DNA of 64,000 nt, taken from Sphyrna mokarran (lineage: Eukaryota). The stretch is taken from contig JAGIQG010000016.1 in assembly GCA_024679065.1 (NCBI GenBank), positions 36,084,001 to 36,148,000 of the forward strand, in the 5' to 3' direction. The translations under genes and the position numbers were made by a program. This document shows positions 23,801 through 36,775 of the stretch, piece by piece (position 1 is the first letter of the stretch; every line of letters starts with the position of its first letter). Below the pieces are notes generated by a model that was not told where the DNA came from, searched no databases, and worked only from the letters and a program-made list of their open reading frames with translations.

Positions 23801-24684
23801 TTTTTTGGTGGTACTACAGGAACGTGACAAAATACTGTCTTCACAGGACACTTACTAGTGTAATAGTTAGCAAGCATGGCAGAAGATTTAAAACAAATTT
23901 CTTGCAAGGATTTTGACCCTTTCAAGAGCAAACAAATTATATCTTTGGAGGGTACTCTTACAGTAATGTTACCAATGGAATTTTCCATTGACCAGAAGGT
24001 GGGGTGGCGACATTACAGAATCATAATGAGATAATGCTGCTTTGTTGAATATGATACTTGGGCGGAACGAAACATTTTTTTCTTTATATTCCCAGGGGAA
24101 GAAGCTACACCTCCTTTGATGTTCCAAACTTGATGACCAAATTGAGGACTCGGGTCTATTTAAGAATAATGAGCATTGCACAGGGCAAGAATGAGCAGAT
24201 AAATCCTATTTTGTCTGGAAGTTTATCCTGTAAATTAGATCTGAGGACAAGATGACCTGTTCAGATGGCTTTCATTTCCGTCTTGCTTTGATTCCAAACT
24301 ATTCTTTACTACACCAGAAATTGTTTTCTTTCTAATATTTCATTTTGTATCTGAGTGACATGGAGCTGTCTGCTTCATTATTGATCCTTGGTTATGTTTT
24401 GCTTCTTCAGAGAACTTCAGCATATCAATGCCAACCCCAATGATTAATTTCATGATTTTAAAGATAAATGGGTAAGACTGGAAAGTTAGAGATATCAGGC
24501 AGCCTTCTGATTAAAACTATGATCCTAAAGACATGGAGCATGCAGCTGAAGTCTCATCTGTCGCTGATAGCGGCCTTAGTTTCAATAACAGCCCTGTAGC
24601 TGCTATATCTAGATGCATCAAGGTCCATTGAAAGAGACAAATTTTGTCAGAGTCTCAAAACTACAGATCGTTGACCCACATGGA

Positions 24685-24765
24685 CGACTTAAGGGCAATT
24701 AGGGCTGAGCAATAAATGCTGGCCTTGCAAATGTCTTCACATCCCAAGAATGAACAAAAAAAGCC
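24685..24765 (+). mobile_element. isolated 3' tail of the SlmI-like SINE or its partner LINE
   Basis: aagggcaattagggctgagcaataaatgctggccttgc...cacatcccaagaatgaacaaaaa. Confidence 0.75.
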
Positions 24766-26499
24766 TTGTAAAACATCAAATACAGTGTCCAGCAAGGAAT
24801 ATAAATTAAAATCACAAATCTCAAACAGATGCTGGTGAATACTTGTCATCTGGAGTCTCAGAATCCACTTTGTGATCTGAATGAAGAGAATATTATACCA
24901 TTGGGAACCAAGGGTATTGTGTAACTATGGCTTATTGATGCAATTTTGTAATATAAAATTGGCATCAATTCTTATATGTGGCCCTTATTTCTCAGCATGC
25001 AGTCATCTATTGTAAAGTTGACGGGTTTAGTATGTGTTTTGGATATGTAGTCCTCTAATTTTAAACAATATTTGCTAAACAAGAATACACATGGTTATTA
25101 AACATTCACTTCGGTGGATACATCTGCAATATATTTAGTACAGAAATTATAGACGTGGTATGGTGCAGTTTTGTAAGGAGTAGTAAACAGCTGCTTGATT
25201 ATTTCCTTGCAAAAATGACACAAAACAAACTGTTTAATCGAACAGATAGCATGCCTACATGGAATCTGCCTTCAACAATAAAGCTTTGTTAGAAATCCCA
25301 GTTTGAGACAGATGGGTGTGTGCTGCAGTGTAATGTTAGTGATCGGAGACTCCAGGAAAGGGATTTGCAGCTGATATTTCTGCTCTGGGAATTCCTGGCA
25401 GTATGACATACACCTTGTGTGCGGGTTGTTGTCAGTGCTTAACTGTTAGCCGTATGTGGGTGGGGAATGGAGTTTGTATCGTGGCAGCGCGTAAAGATGT
25501 TTCAAATGATATGATTTGGAAATTTCCAGTGTGGGAATTAATTCTGGAGGTGTTCATTGTATTTGTTTACTAATAATCTCTTGGGCAGGATGGGTTAGGG
25601 ATGCTGTTCCAGTGCGAGGGTGAATTCACGAGTGTGAACAAGTCATTACTCAGCAAGCGAGGAGGTGTCCCACGACTGAAGTAACTGGAAATCGGCAGCT
25701 ACCCGTGAAATATATTCTATTTATTTGGACAGCTGCAATCTACTTGCATGAACTAAATTATGGATTTTTTTGAAGTGTAACAGTTGCTTTAAACATCATG
25801 CAGCTGCTAAGTAATAACAGGGCAGAACTGCTTCTCTGTTAGAGACTTCATTTGTATCATGTTACTTTTGTGACAATATCAGGCCACTGCATGAGATTAA
25901 ATAAAGCAGCATATGCTGGATATTGGAAGTGGAACTAAAATGCTATATACACCTTATAGATCGGTGAGTAAGAGAGGCAACCCGCTGAATTATCTGAACC
26001 AGAAATCACAACTTGCCTTTCATGTGTTGATGAAAGTGACCTGCTGTATGTTTTCAGAATTGTCAGTTCTTCATGATATATTAAAAGTTCAGAGATTTGC
26101 TTTGTCTGATTTCCTTCTTCAGCTGTAGTTACTATATGTTATGACAGTCATGGTCTATTGACTGAAATAAGGACAGGAGTATTGCAACAATGTCTTGGCT
26201 ATTGACAAAAGAACTTAATTCCCCAGAACAATGACAGGATTAAAGGTGTAACATCAATATGGTTTCTGCTATGGTGAAGTGATCCTGTTGACTGTGAATG
26301 CATGACATCCATGTTTGTGGTATTCTGATGGATTGGGTATCATGTCAGGCTGGTATTTTTTTCCCTTCGCCTCTTTTGAAATCTGTGACTGATTACAAAA
26401 ATAAGTCACAGCCTTACCTGCTTATGTCAGTCTTTATATTTCACTAGTGTTTGCTCCAATCCTTCCTCATCTAACTCTCCATTAGTGTAGGCCTCCATT

Positions 26500-26690
26500 A
26501 TCAAGCTTCCTGTTGGATCCATCCATGTATTTGTCCTGCTTCATTCTTCTGATAGTTTGAAGTTCTCATCACCATTCGAGGTTTAGAAGTTTCTTCCAAA
26601 TTCTCTATTTGATTTCTTGGTGGCTGTCTTATATCGATGCCGTGCATATTTCCTCACTCTGCATTAAGACCCTAAGTGAAATCAATTGTG
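26500..26690 (-). mobile_element. decayed CR1 3' fragment
   Basis: ctcatcacc...agaagtttcttccaaattctctatttgatttcttggtg typical of reversed CR1 ORF2 end. Confidence 0.5.
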
Positions 26691-27244
26691 ATAGTTTTAC
26701 AGAGTTTGTAGTGGGCATGAGACCACTTAAGTGCTTGTAATTGGGCACCAGTTTGTCCCTGTTGCTTCAAATGCTCAAAAGCATATTTGATGTGGGGAAA
26801 TGGAAATGTGTACAATGGGAGGTAGTCTTTTGTACTTAATATGGGTGTAATAACGGGACGTTTAGTCTCCATCTGCACAGGCATGAAAGTGTATTATTCT
26901 GACTCAGTGAGCACAAAATGCTAAACTGTTTCATTTTGTGTCCTGCTGTAAATAATGTAACAAAACATCCCCTTATCATTGCAGGAAGGCAGTCTTTAGT
27001 GCTTACATTCCAGGGGCCGGATTTAGCATGGTAATAACTAACATTTCCAGCCTCAATATTTTCTGCGTAAGCTTACTTGAAATTGAGACAGACACATGCC
27101 CATGTTGGTAGTTTATTCCCATTACATAGAGCCGGAGAGGAAGAAAGATTTTTTGTCATCTTCACTCCTGGTTTAGAATTAATGCAGGGAGCAAGTGATA
27201 TTTCAGGAATTTGGACGTGTTACACTTCAGGACTGCACCCGTGC

Positions 27245-27612
27245 AGATAGATGATTTACTTTGGTAAGAAGAACATGGAGAGTCAATTTAAAGTAAAGAG
27301 CCCAATTCTAAAGAGCAGAATGACTTGGGTGAAAACAGTCTTTGAAGATGGCAGGATTGTTTGATAAAAGAAGCAAAAGCGACACCAAGAAAATATTTTT
27401 CATGCAGCAAGTGGTTTAGGACTGGAATGCACTGCCTTAGTGTAGTGGAGGCAGGTTCAATCAAAAGAGAATTAGATTTTTATTTAATAAGGAAGAACAT
27501 GTAGGATTACAGGGAGAAGGTGAGAGATTGGTTCATTTGGAGAGCCAGTGCAGATACAATGGGTTGAATGGCCTCCTGTGTTGTTACATTTGTGTGATTC
27601 TGAGATTCTGTG
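27245..27612 (+). mobile_element. internally deleted CR1 3' fragment
   Basis: tttggtaagaagaa (FGKKN), tggaatgcactgcc (WNALP), 3' end gggttgaatggcctcct...gattctgagattctg. Confidence 0.75.
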
Positions 27613-28599
27613 GATGTGTTAGCAAACGACAAAGGGACCGGAGACCAAGATCCAGTGAGCAGCTGAAATTCTTCAGCTTTCAATGTTGTATTTCTTTTTG
27701 TTGTTAGACATTGTGGGGAATTTTTTGGAGGGGGAGAAGTATATGTTCTGTTTTTGGTATTATCTTCTTTCTAGAGTTTTTTTTCTGGAATTTATGTGTA
27801 AACACATGATTGTTTCAAATGTTAGCACCATTGCGATTGGCTCAAGATATGTTGTTGGATAAAGTGGGTAGGTAGAAGGGGAATAGCTATTCCTGGCCTG
27901 ATAGCCTCCAGCTTCAGAAACATAACTGCAATCCTGATGTATGCAGATTATTATCCCAGTGTGCTGTCACTGGTATCCTAGTGACAGTGACTAGTGGAAA
28001 GAAGCACTGACTTGTGCAAAATTCTTGTCAAAAGTCTCCTCATCAGTTAACACCCCTTTAATAATAATTCATCCAGAGTAGTCAGTAGTTTGCTTTCATT
28101 GTACTCCATGAAAGATTTTTTTTAAATCCTGAAATAAATTGATTGTTTTTGGTAGAATCTAAGGTATTGGACTCTTGTCAGATTAAAACATCTGTAAGTC
28201 TGCCCTGTGTCACATTTAAGTGACTGCTTAAGTTGTATTGCACAAAACGCAAAATGTAATTGGTGATTTGCAGCAACACCACTCTGTCAATGCTGAAAGG
28301 AACACATGCATTAAATGGAGAAACAGATTTTGACTGGAGCTGGGGAATACAAACATTTTGGGAAACTATTTTCAGCTAAAACCCCATGACAATTTGGTAA
28401 TGTTTGAAACTGATCATGTGATACAAATTGACAATTACCCCACTACCCTGAGCTTATAGTGCATTGTGTTGGTTCCACAGGCTGTATTTGATAGTTATAA
28501 TTCTTAAAGTGCATGATTTTATATTCTAATTTCTAATGGATTTAGAGGAAATACATCATCTCTGCTCTATTTTTAGTGTGTTTTAATGGGATTTTGGGG

Positions 28600-31005
28600 T
28601 TTCAGTATTGCTGATAAGGCCAGCCGATCCTTAATTACCATTGAGAAAATTATGGTGAGCCACTGCCTTGGACCGGGAGGAGGCTCAAGTCTGTGACCTA
28701 GTACCCTGAAGGAACAGCAATACTATTTCAAGTCAAGACAACATGAGACTTAGAGGTGAACATATGAACGGTGGTGTTCCATGTGTCTGCTCTTCTTATT
28801 TTTCGAGCTATGAAGGTTCTGGGTTTGGAAGAGGCTATCCAAGGAGGCCTGGTGAATGACTGCAAGGCATCTTGTAATTGGTACACACTCCTGTCACTGC
28901 ACTGGGAGTAGAAGGAGTAAATGTTTAAGATGGTGGACCCATCAAGTGCCCAGCTTTTTTGGGATGCTTTTTGTGTGCTGTTGGAGCTGCAATCTTCACA
29001 CTTCTTCACACTCCCATCTTTGCCTTGTGGATGCCAGACAGGTTTTTAAATAGTGAGGAGGTGAGCTACTCAATGCTGAACTCTCCGCCCCTAATCTGCT
29101 CCTGTTTATATGAATGGTCCAGTTAAGTCTTTGGTCAGTAATGAAACTCTGAATGCTGATGGTAGAGATTTAATAATTAATATGCTATTGAATATCAAGG
29201 GGAGACTGTTAGATTTTGTCTTGTTGGAAATAGCTACTGCAGTTGTGTAGCACAAATGTTACTTGCCACTTGAATGGAGGCATAGACTGCTTCAATATAT
29301 GAGGAGCTGTGAATCATAATGAACTCTGAAATCACCAGCAAACATCTCTACCACTAATCTGATGATGGAGGAAAAGTGACTGATGAAGTAATTGAAGGGG
29401 ATTGAGCCTACCCTGAGGAATGTTTGCAGTGATGTCCTGGGACTGAGATGATTGGCATACAACATTCACAACCATCTTCCTTTGTGTTAAGTATGATTCC
29501 CCCCAGTGCAGAGCTCCCCACCCTCTCACCCTCTCTTTATTCCCATTGACTTAGTTATGCTAAGACTCCTTGGTACCATATCTGGTTAAATGCCACTTTC
29601 AGGGCAGACACCCTCACTCATCTCTGAAATTCAGCTCTTTTCTCCATGTTTGGACTAAGACTGGATGAGACCTTGAGCTATCTGAGCATCTGTGAGCATG
29701 TTGTCGCTGAACAAGTGCCACTTGAAAGCATTTTTGATGATCCCATTCATCATTGATTGAGAGTAGACTGTTATGATCGCTGCAGAGACTGATAACTTTT
29801 AAAAGTAAATTTGAACTTCCAGTGCATAGCTGAAAGAATGATATGGCAAGATTTCACATACTAAGACTTCTATTGCAACACAGTATACATTATAAATACA
29901 CTATAAATACCTTTGACTAATCACAATGTCAAAAGTCAACTTATACTTTTAACAGAATAGACTTTTTGTTTTTAACCCAACTAATTATCCCACTCCACCA
30001 TTATACTTCACACTGTCCCTTAAGTAGATGTACGTTTCTTCTGGAACCAGTCCAAAATTATTACTATTGACTGAGCATTTATTTCCATTCTTTTCTAGCC
30101 TGATAACTCTTCAACTCAATTTTCATGGTGAGGGTTTTCTTGGAGATTCTCTTTCTAGGTAAAGCTAGGTGAATCTTCCAATGTCTTTTTAAGTCCTCAT
30201 GAATTTGTTGTTTTCAATCTGAGCATGAGTTCCCACACACATTTGTGCATGGTGAACCATAGGGACTCACCTCATATATCTGCCCCTGTCCCCTCTGTCT
30301 CTTTCTCATCTTGGGAGACTGCCCTGTTTGTGAAATTCAGAGGTATTCTTTTGGAGATCATATTTGTACACCACCTCCCAATGCATCCTTTCTCCTGGCA
30401 ACTTAAATCACCTGGATCTTATATCTTAGCTATGTCTTAGACTTCCAACACCATTCTATCTTGAAGGTAAGTAAACACTTAAAGTCAGGTTTTGTGCTCT
30501 GTTATATTTAATCCCTTCCTGGAACTTTTGAGACTAATAATCTGTACTGTCAGCACAGATACTTCTACTGTTGTCTACAAATGTGAACACTTCGCACCTT
30601 TTTCCCAGTAAAACCACTCAAATATTCTTTAGTTTCTAATAATCAAGCCAGCTCAAGTTATTCAGGAATCTACGGGTCCTTTATTCAATTTACTCTAGTC
30701 AAAAATACATTTGCAAAACAGAACAGTCTTATAAAACCTGTCATTTACAGTGACAGTCATTGGTCAGATTAGATTTGTCCAGTTTCTTGTGGACAGGACA
30801 TAACTGGGCAATATCCTTACTGGAACAGTTTAGCTAGTTGTTGAGCACAAGTCTTCATGACTACTTCCAGAATATTATCAGTGTCCATAATCTTTGCTGC
30901 ATCCAGTTCCATCTCTTGGTAGGACATGGAGTGAATTGGATTGCCTGCAGACTGGCATCAGTGATGGTGAGTACCTCTGGAAAAAGCTGAGAGGAATCAT
31001 CTGTC
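28600..31005 (-). mobile_element. CR1-clade LINE (family of 35158-36138) interrupted by a ~1 kb insertion
   Basis: Minus-strand ORF WGESYLTQRKMVVNVVCQSSQSQDITANIPQG; homology stops at gagtagac (29768) and resumes at 30750 (ttggtcagattagatttgtcc...ggacaggacataactgggcaat). Confidence 0.75.
29769..30749. mobile_element. candidate solo LTR
   Basis: Begins TGTTATGA and ends TCATTTACA; flanks gtagac / gtgac; interrupts a LINE. Confidence 0.5.
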
Positions 31006-31390
31006 CCATATATTAATTATCACATTTTGATTACGATGAATTTAACACGTTATATTTTTTCTGATGTAATATGAATGGGCAATAAGATTTTATTGTTCAA
31101 ATCCAATTCAAAAATGATTTTTTATCACACATTTGGTGATGTGTGATAAATGTGAAATATTGAAGTTCCACATCATGCCCAGAATAGTTGTTCTCAATAT
31201 ATGAAGCACTGTTATGATTTTCAAAGATTTTTGCTATATCCAACCTCCTTGAATTTTCAATTTGCATAAAAGTCTACCAACTGTGCAAAGCCATTGTATC
31301 CCCATGACTTTACAGCACCTCAAAGATTCTCTGGATGGAGATGTACACCTCTTAAACTGAAGAAAGTATACGAGAGTCCTGCAATACCAT

Positions 31391-31774
31391 CACATACATG
31401 GGAATATCATACATACAATATGAACTTGTGTCTGTGCCTTTTAGTCAATGCTAATTCTATACAAATCGCTGAAGCTTTCAATCACATAGGCAGTGATATA
31501 ACACTGGTGTTCCACTCACAGAAGAGTTGGAACTTGAAATTGGCCCTTTGCTGTTCCACTGGGGATAATTAGCCCTGAAGGGAGAAGAGCAAAGATTATC
31601 CAGAAGATTTTGCAGCAAGGCAAAGTGTTGCAATGATAATCAGTGCTTCTCAGACCAATTGATACTTGCCTTCTTCATCATTGATCCCACTGTAATCCTA
31701 CAGTAAAACCTATGCCTGAAATGGAAATGACCTTTGATCCATCCTGCCCATGACAATTTGACAATTCCCACAGT
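31391..31774 (+). repeat. 384-bp unique segment, donor of local duplication
   Basis: About 95% identical (about 19 differences by eye) to 32953-33336. Confidence 0.95.
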
Positions 31775-32764
31775 AGGTAGGATCAGAAAATCCTGACCAT
31801 TGATCCTGTGCTTATCTATGCAGGTATAGTTTCACTGAAGGGCCTGATTGTAGTGTCTTTTTGTGTGGCACTCACAAGAAAGTCTGGCAACCACACATAT
31901 ACAAACCCTTCCCCCCACCACCATCACCCCAACACTTCAGTTTTCTAAAGGGATATAAAGGACTGGAAATACTGTGGTAATATTCCATCCCAAATCACAG
32001 CCACATAAACAGAATAATAGCCCTATTGCTTTCCACTTGTATTCACAATGTCTTAATTAATTTAGAGGAGTTTGGATTTAAAAGCAAACCCAGTTGTTAG
32101 TAATTAATTAAGTAATTAATGGAGGTTTCTTTAAAAAAAATTAAATCGGTATGGATCCATAAATTCACAAGGTTTGGATATTGTTCTTTGCTTTGATTCA
32201 TTATCCATTTCAGTTTACAATGATTTTACAAAAACAGGAGCTTTGCATTAAAGGCTAGATTGTTGTTATAGTGAAGCATAATTTTGGAGAGAATTAGACT
32301 TTATGCAATCGTGGCATATGAGTGAATTTCAACAATATTGGGCAGTACTTCAAACTATAGTTCACAGGAATTAGTGTTGTTGGCTTTTACATGGTTGATA
32401 TATCCTAGAGGGGGCACTATTTCAGCTTTATTCATGCTAGAGGTGATTTACTGTACATATTTTGACAGGCTTTGCCAATGCCATAGCCAAGTTTGGGAAA
32501 AGTGACATTTTAACATTCCTTGTGGAAGTATTATCTACTGCTCAGTGCTTTAAGACCACACATGTTGATCTATTGTGATGGAAAGCGTTGCCATGTAGAT
32601 GGGTGTGAAATGGACAAAGCCTAAAATATTAAAAAAACATATATTTTATTTAATTTGCCTCAGTAAAACCTATTCATAATCTGATCTGTGTGAGATGCAA
32701 GATAATGGAAATTAGACAACTGAAAGTTGATGGTGATATTCAGATATCAGATTGAACGAAGCAG

Positions 32765-33421
32765 TTTAAGTTTATTTATTAGTGTCACATGCAGGCTTAC
32801 ATTAACACTTCAATGAAGTTAACTGTGAAAATTCCCTCGTCACCACCCTCTGATGCTTGTTCAAGTACACTGAGGGAGAATTTCGCACGGCCCGTACACC
32901 TAACCAGCACATCTGTGAGAGGAAATCTGAGCACCCAGAGGAAACCCATGGACACATACATGGAAATATCATACATACAATATGAACTTGTGTCTGTGCC
33001 TCTTAGTCAACACTAATTCTATACAAATTTCTGAAGCTTTCAATCACATAGGCAGTGATATAACACTGGTGTTCCACCTACAGAAAAGTTGGAACTTGAA
33101 ATTGGCCCTTGCTGTTCCAGTGGGGATAACTAGCCCTGAAGGGAAAAGAGCAAAGATTTATCCAGAAGATTTTGCAGCAAGGCAAAGTGTTGCAACGATA
33201 ATCAGTGCTTCTCAGACCAATTGATACTTGCCTTCTTCATCATTGATCCTATTGTAATCCTACAGTAAAATCTATGCCTGAAATGGAAATGACCTTTGAT
33301 CCATCCTGCCCATGACTATTTGACAATTCCCACAGTGCAGAACGTGCAGACTCCACATAGACAGTGACCGAAGTTGGGTCCCTGCCACTGTGAGAAAGCA
33401 TTGCTAACCATTGTACCATCC
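32765..33421 (-). mobile_element. HE1-like V-SINE tail B, split by a 384-bp insertion
   Basis: Tail/core 32765-32952 (tgtcacatgcaggcttacattaacac...gaaacccatggacac); head 33337-33421 (agaacgtgcagactccac...tgctaaccattgtacc). Confidence 0.9.
32953..33336 (+). repeat. inserted copy of 31391-31774
   Basis: Direct repeat 1562 bp downstream, located inside a SINE. Confidence 0.95.
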
Positions 33422-35157
33422 CTGAAGAAGATGATAACTCCAGGGTGAATGCTTAAATGCATAATGTATAATCCAGATTAGGTTTTTAAATAACCTTATT
33501 TGTACCTCTCCTTGCACGCAGATAAAGCTCAGAGGCTGAAAGTGCAAAGTAAAGATACAACTTATCATACTGTTAAAAAAACTGAATGAGAGCCACTGGT
33601 ACCTCTCCACCCCACATGATAATGATGGTGACAGATTGTGGAAGAGAGAAAAATTGTATGGTCTTGAATATGAAGCCCATTCATTGACAGGATAGGAACA
33701 AATCTGCTTCACTATGAAACTGAGCAAATGGAGAACAAGAGGAGCCACTAAATAAAGTTATATCTTAAAAGCACTCACTTTTTGAGATTTTTTTTAGGTG
33801 AAACTCTGGCCATTCACAGTATCAAACCTTAGATTCACTTTAAGTAATCAATTTGCACTTTGTGAATAATTCAACACTCAACATGTCTGTCTTTTCAGAT
33901 GTTTAAAACTGAGTGTGCATCAAGACTGTCTATTTGACACATTTAGCTGTGTTTTGAACATGAGTAAACTGAAGAACCCTCCATTGTATTTATAAGCGAC
34001 ATCCAGGGAAAAGCAGCCTCAGTATTTTTGAATATCTATGAAATGGTTGGATGAAAATAAGCAATTTTCTTTGGCCTTTCAACCATCATCTCTCCATTTC
34101 CTTTCATTTGTTGATGATTTGTAATTTAACCTATACCGTGATTATGTTTGGATTGACTTTCAGTAATACTGTGTGTTTCAAACATTTATATGCTGAAAAT
34201 CAAGTCACACTATATAACTTCCAGATTATATTTGGTGGATTCTTATAAATGATGTCAGTAAAGAGACACAGTTCCAATATGCAAATAGACAAGTGATGCC
34301 CGCAAGTTACTGTTTGAAACACTAAAATTTAACTTAATAAACAACACACTATTAGCTATTAATCTATGAAATGGGACACATAATTTGATACTAATTTTTC
34401 TGTATCTGAGTAATTTTTACCAAACTGTGTTAAGGATTTTTTAACTTTGGTGTTTAGTCACCTTCAAGTGTTCCCAGCTTTGGTCTAATGACATTTAAAT
34501 GCATATAAAACCTTCTTCACACTGGCCTAGCAAGATCGCTGAACCTGACAAGAACATCACCACTCCAGACCTTTTGGCCACTTTGTACGGAATTCACAGC
34601 TTACTTATACAAAGAATTTTGGAGTGGTTCCATGCTAGGAAATGCATGGAAGTTGCAGCGAAGTAAGTTCAAGTAGGACAATTGCAGCTGGCAGAGACGA
34701 TGCATTTTTATCTCATCAGCCTTGCCTAGTTTTAAATTTCACAGGGAGAAAAACAAGGAAAAGAAAAACTTACGGCACCACTTGCTTCCCCAATTCAAGT
34801 GTTAATTTTTTTTTTAAAAAAGTATTTGTTTTCATTAGGAAATTCACCTTGTCCAAAATAAATCTGAAATTTTGAGGAACCACAAGAATGATCAGATTGA
34901 AACAGTATTTATGTGAGAAATAGAAAGATTACATAAACCATTGTTAACAGAAGAGACCTTTGAAGTTCTTATTCAGCTGGCTGGTTCTTTAAAACAAAAG
35001 TTATCTTATCAGGTTTTAGAGTCTGTGGGCAGTTTAATGTGCAGACTAACTTTGATGCACATCAGAATGCTCAGAATAGAGACTGCTTTTTGTGATATTG
35101 TTCCCATTTCAATTATTATTTTATGAAATGTAACCTCACTTCAACTGCACTTTAAAG

Positions 35158-36138
35158 GAAGATGGTTGTGGTTGTTGAAGGCCAATCATTTCAATTCTGG
35201 GACATTGCTGCATGAATGATCTAGCTCAACAATGCCTCATCAATGCTTGTCATAAGGTCAGAAGTTGGGATAATCATTACACAATGTTCAGCATCATTTG
35301 TGACTTCTCAAATACTGAAGCAGTCTGTGTCCATTTACAGCAAGTCCAAGACAATATATGGACTGATGAGTGGCAAGTAACTGTGCCACCTATGTACCAG
35401 GCAATGAACATCTCAAACAGAGAAAATCTAATCAACTCTCCATGACATTATGCATTACAATGCATTAGTATTGCTGAATCCTCCACTGTCAACATTCTGG
35501 CGGTTACAATTGACCTGAAATTGAACTAGACCTATCATAAATACTGTGGCTTCAAGAACAGTTCAAAGGCTGGGAAGTCTGAGGCAAACCACCACTTGAC
35601 TTCCCAAACCCTGTCTGTCATCTACAAGACACAAGTCAGGTGTGTGATGGAATACTCTCTACTTGAGTAGAACCGCAGCAACACTCAAGAAGCATGGCAC
35701 ATCCAGGATAAAGCAGTCCGCTGGATTGATCACCTTGAATAATAATTCCCTTTATTACTGGCACACACTGGCAGTGTCTGCCATCCACAAGATACACAGC
35801 AGCAACTCACCAAGGCTACTTACTTAACATCTTTCAAACCTATGAGCTCCTCCACCTAGTAGGGCAAGAGCAGCAGATACATGAGAACACCACCACCTGT
35901 ATGTTCCCCATCCAAGCCACATATATTCTCAATCGGAACTGTATTGCTATTGCTTCACTGTTACTGAGTCAAACTCCAAGAACTCTCTCCCTGACAGTAC
36001 TATGAGTGTACCTATACCACATGGACTGCAACAATTCAGGAAAACAGCTTGCCACCACCTTCTTGACAGCAGCAAGAGATGGGCAATGAATGCAGACCTT
36101 GCCAGCAATGCTGGCATCCTGTGGAAGAATAAAAAAAC
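35158..36138 (+). mobile_element. CR1-clade LINE, RT C-terminal half and 3' tail
   Basis: MVVVVEGQS, YKTQVRCVMEYS motifs; tail gatgggcaatgaatgcagaccttgccagc...gaataaaaaaa. Confidence 0.85.
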
Positions 36139-36364
36139 TTCTCCCTTTGCTGCAAAAATATACTTGATTCATATACAATCTAAAGACATATTACAAAACA
36201 TTTAAATTTGTGTTAACAGTAAAGTGCAATAATCACATTTTCTCCTGTAATCAAGATGTACTGTAAAATCTACATTACAAACATGTCAGAATTTTCATTG
36301 CAGAGAAGGAAATTCTTTACAAACTATATGCATCAGTCATGTAGCACTCTATGCTGTGTCTCCC

Positions 36365-36448
36365 TCTTCCATCTTACAAGGCCCAAGTAAGGAATGTGAT
36401 GGAGTAGTCATAACTTGCCTGGATGAGTGGAGCTTCAACAACATTCAT
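36365..36448 (+). mobile_element. short fragment of the same LINE family
   Basis: tacaaggcccaagtaaggaatgtgatggagta (YKAQVRNVME), homologous to 35623-35655. Confidence 0.65.
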
Positions 36449-36450
36449 CA

Positions 36451-36775
36451 GGGTGGCATGGAGGCACTGTGGTTAGCAGTGCTGCCTCTCAGTGCCACGG
36501 ACCAGGGTTCAATCCCAGCTTGAGTCACACTCTGTGTGGAGTTTTCACATTCTCCTCGTGTCTATGTGGATTTTCTCCCAAGTGCTGAGGTTGCCTCCAA
36601 CAGTTCACATATGCGCGGGTTAGGTGCTTTGGCCATGTTAAATTGCCCCTTAGTGAAAGGGGGTCTAGCGAAGGTAAATGCATGGAGTTATCGGGTTTGG
36701 GCCTGGGTGGGATTGTGGTCGATACAGACTCAATAGACCAAATGACCTCCTTCTGTACTATAGGGTTCTGTGATT
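36451..36775 (+). mobile_element. HE1-like V-SINE, CR1-type tail A
   Basis: ggttagcagtgctgcc, gggttcaatccc, tail gggcctgggtgggattgtggtcg...ctgtactatagggttctgtgatt. Confidence 0.9.

Noticed and set aside
30340-30472. Exon ending at AAG|gtaagt
   Set aside because: Stops in the frames checked and it lies inside a probable LTR-like insertion
31391-33336. Duplication as assembly artefact
   Set aside because: About 5% divergence with indels and precise placement within a SINE argue for a real, old event
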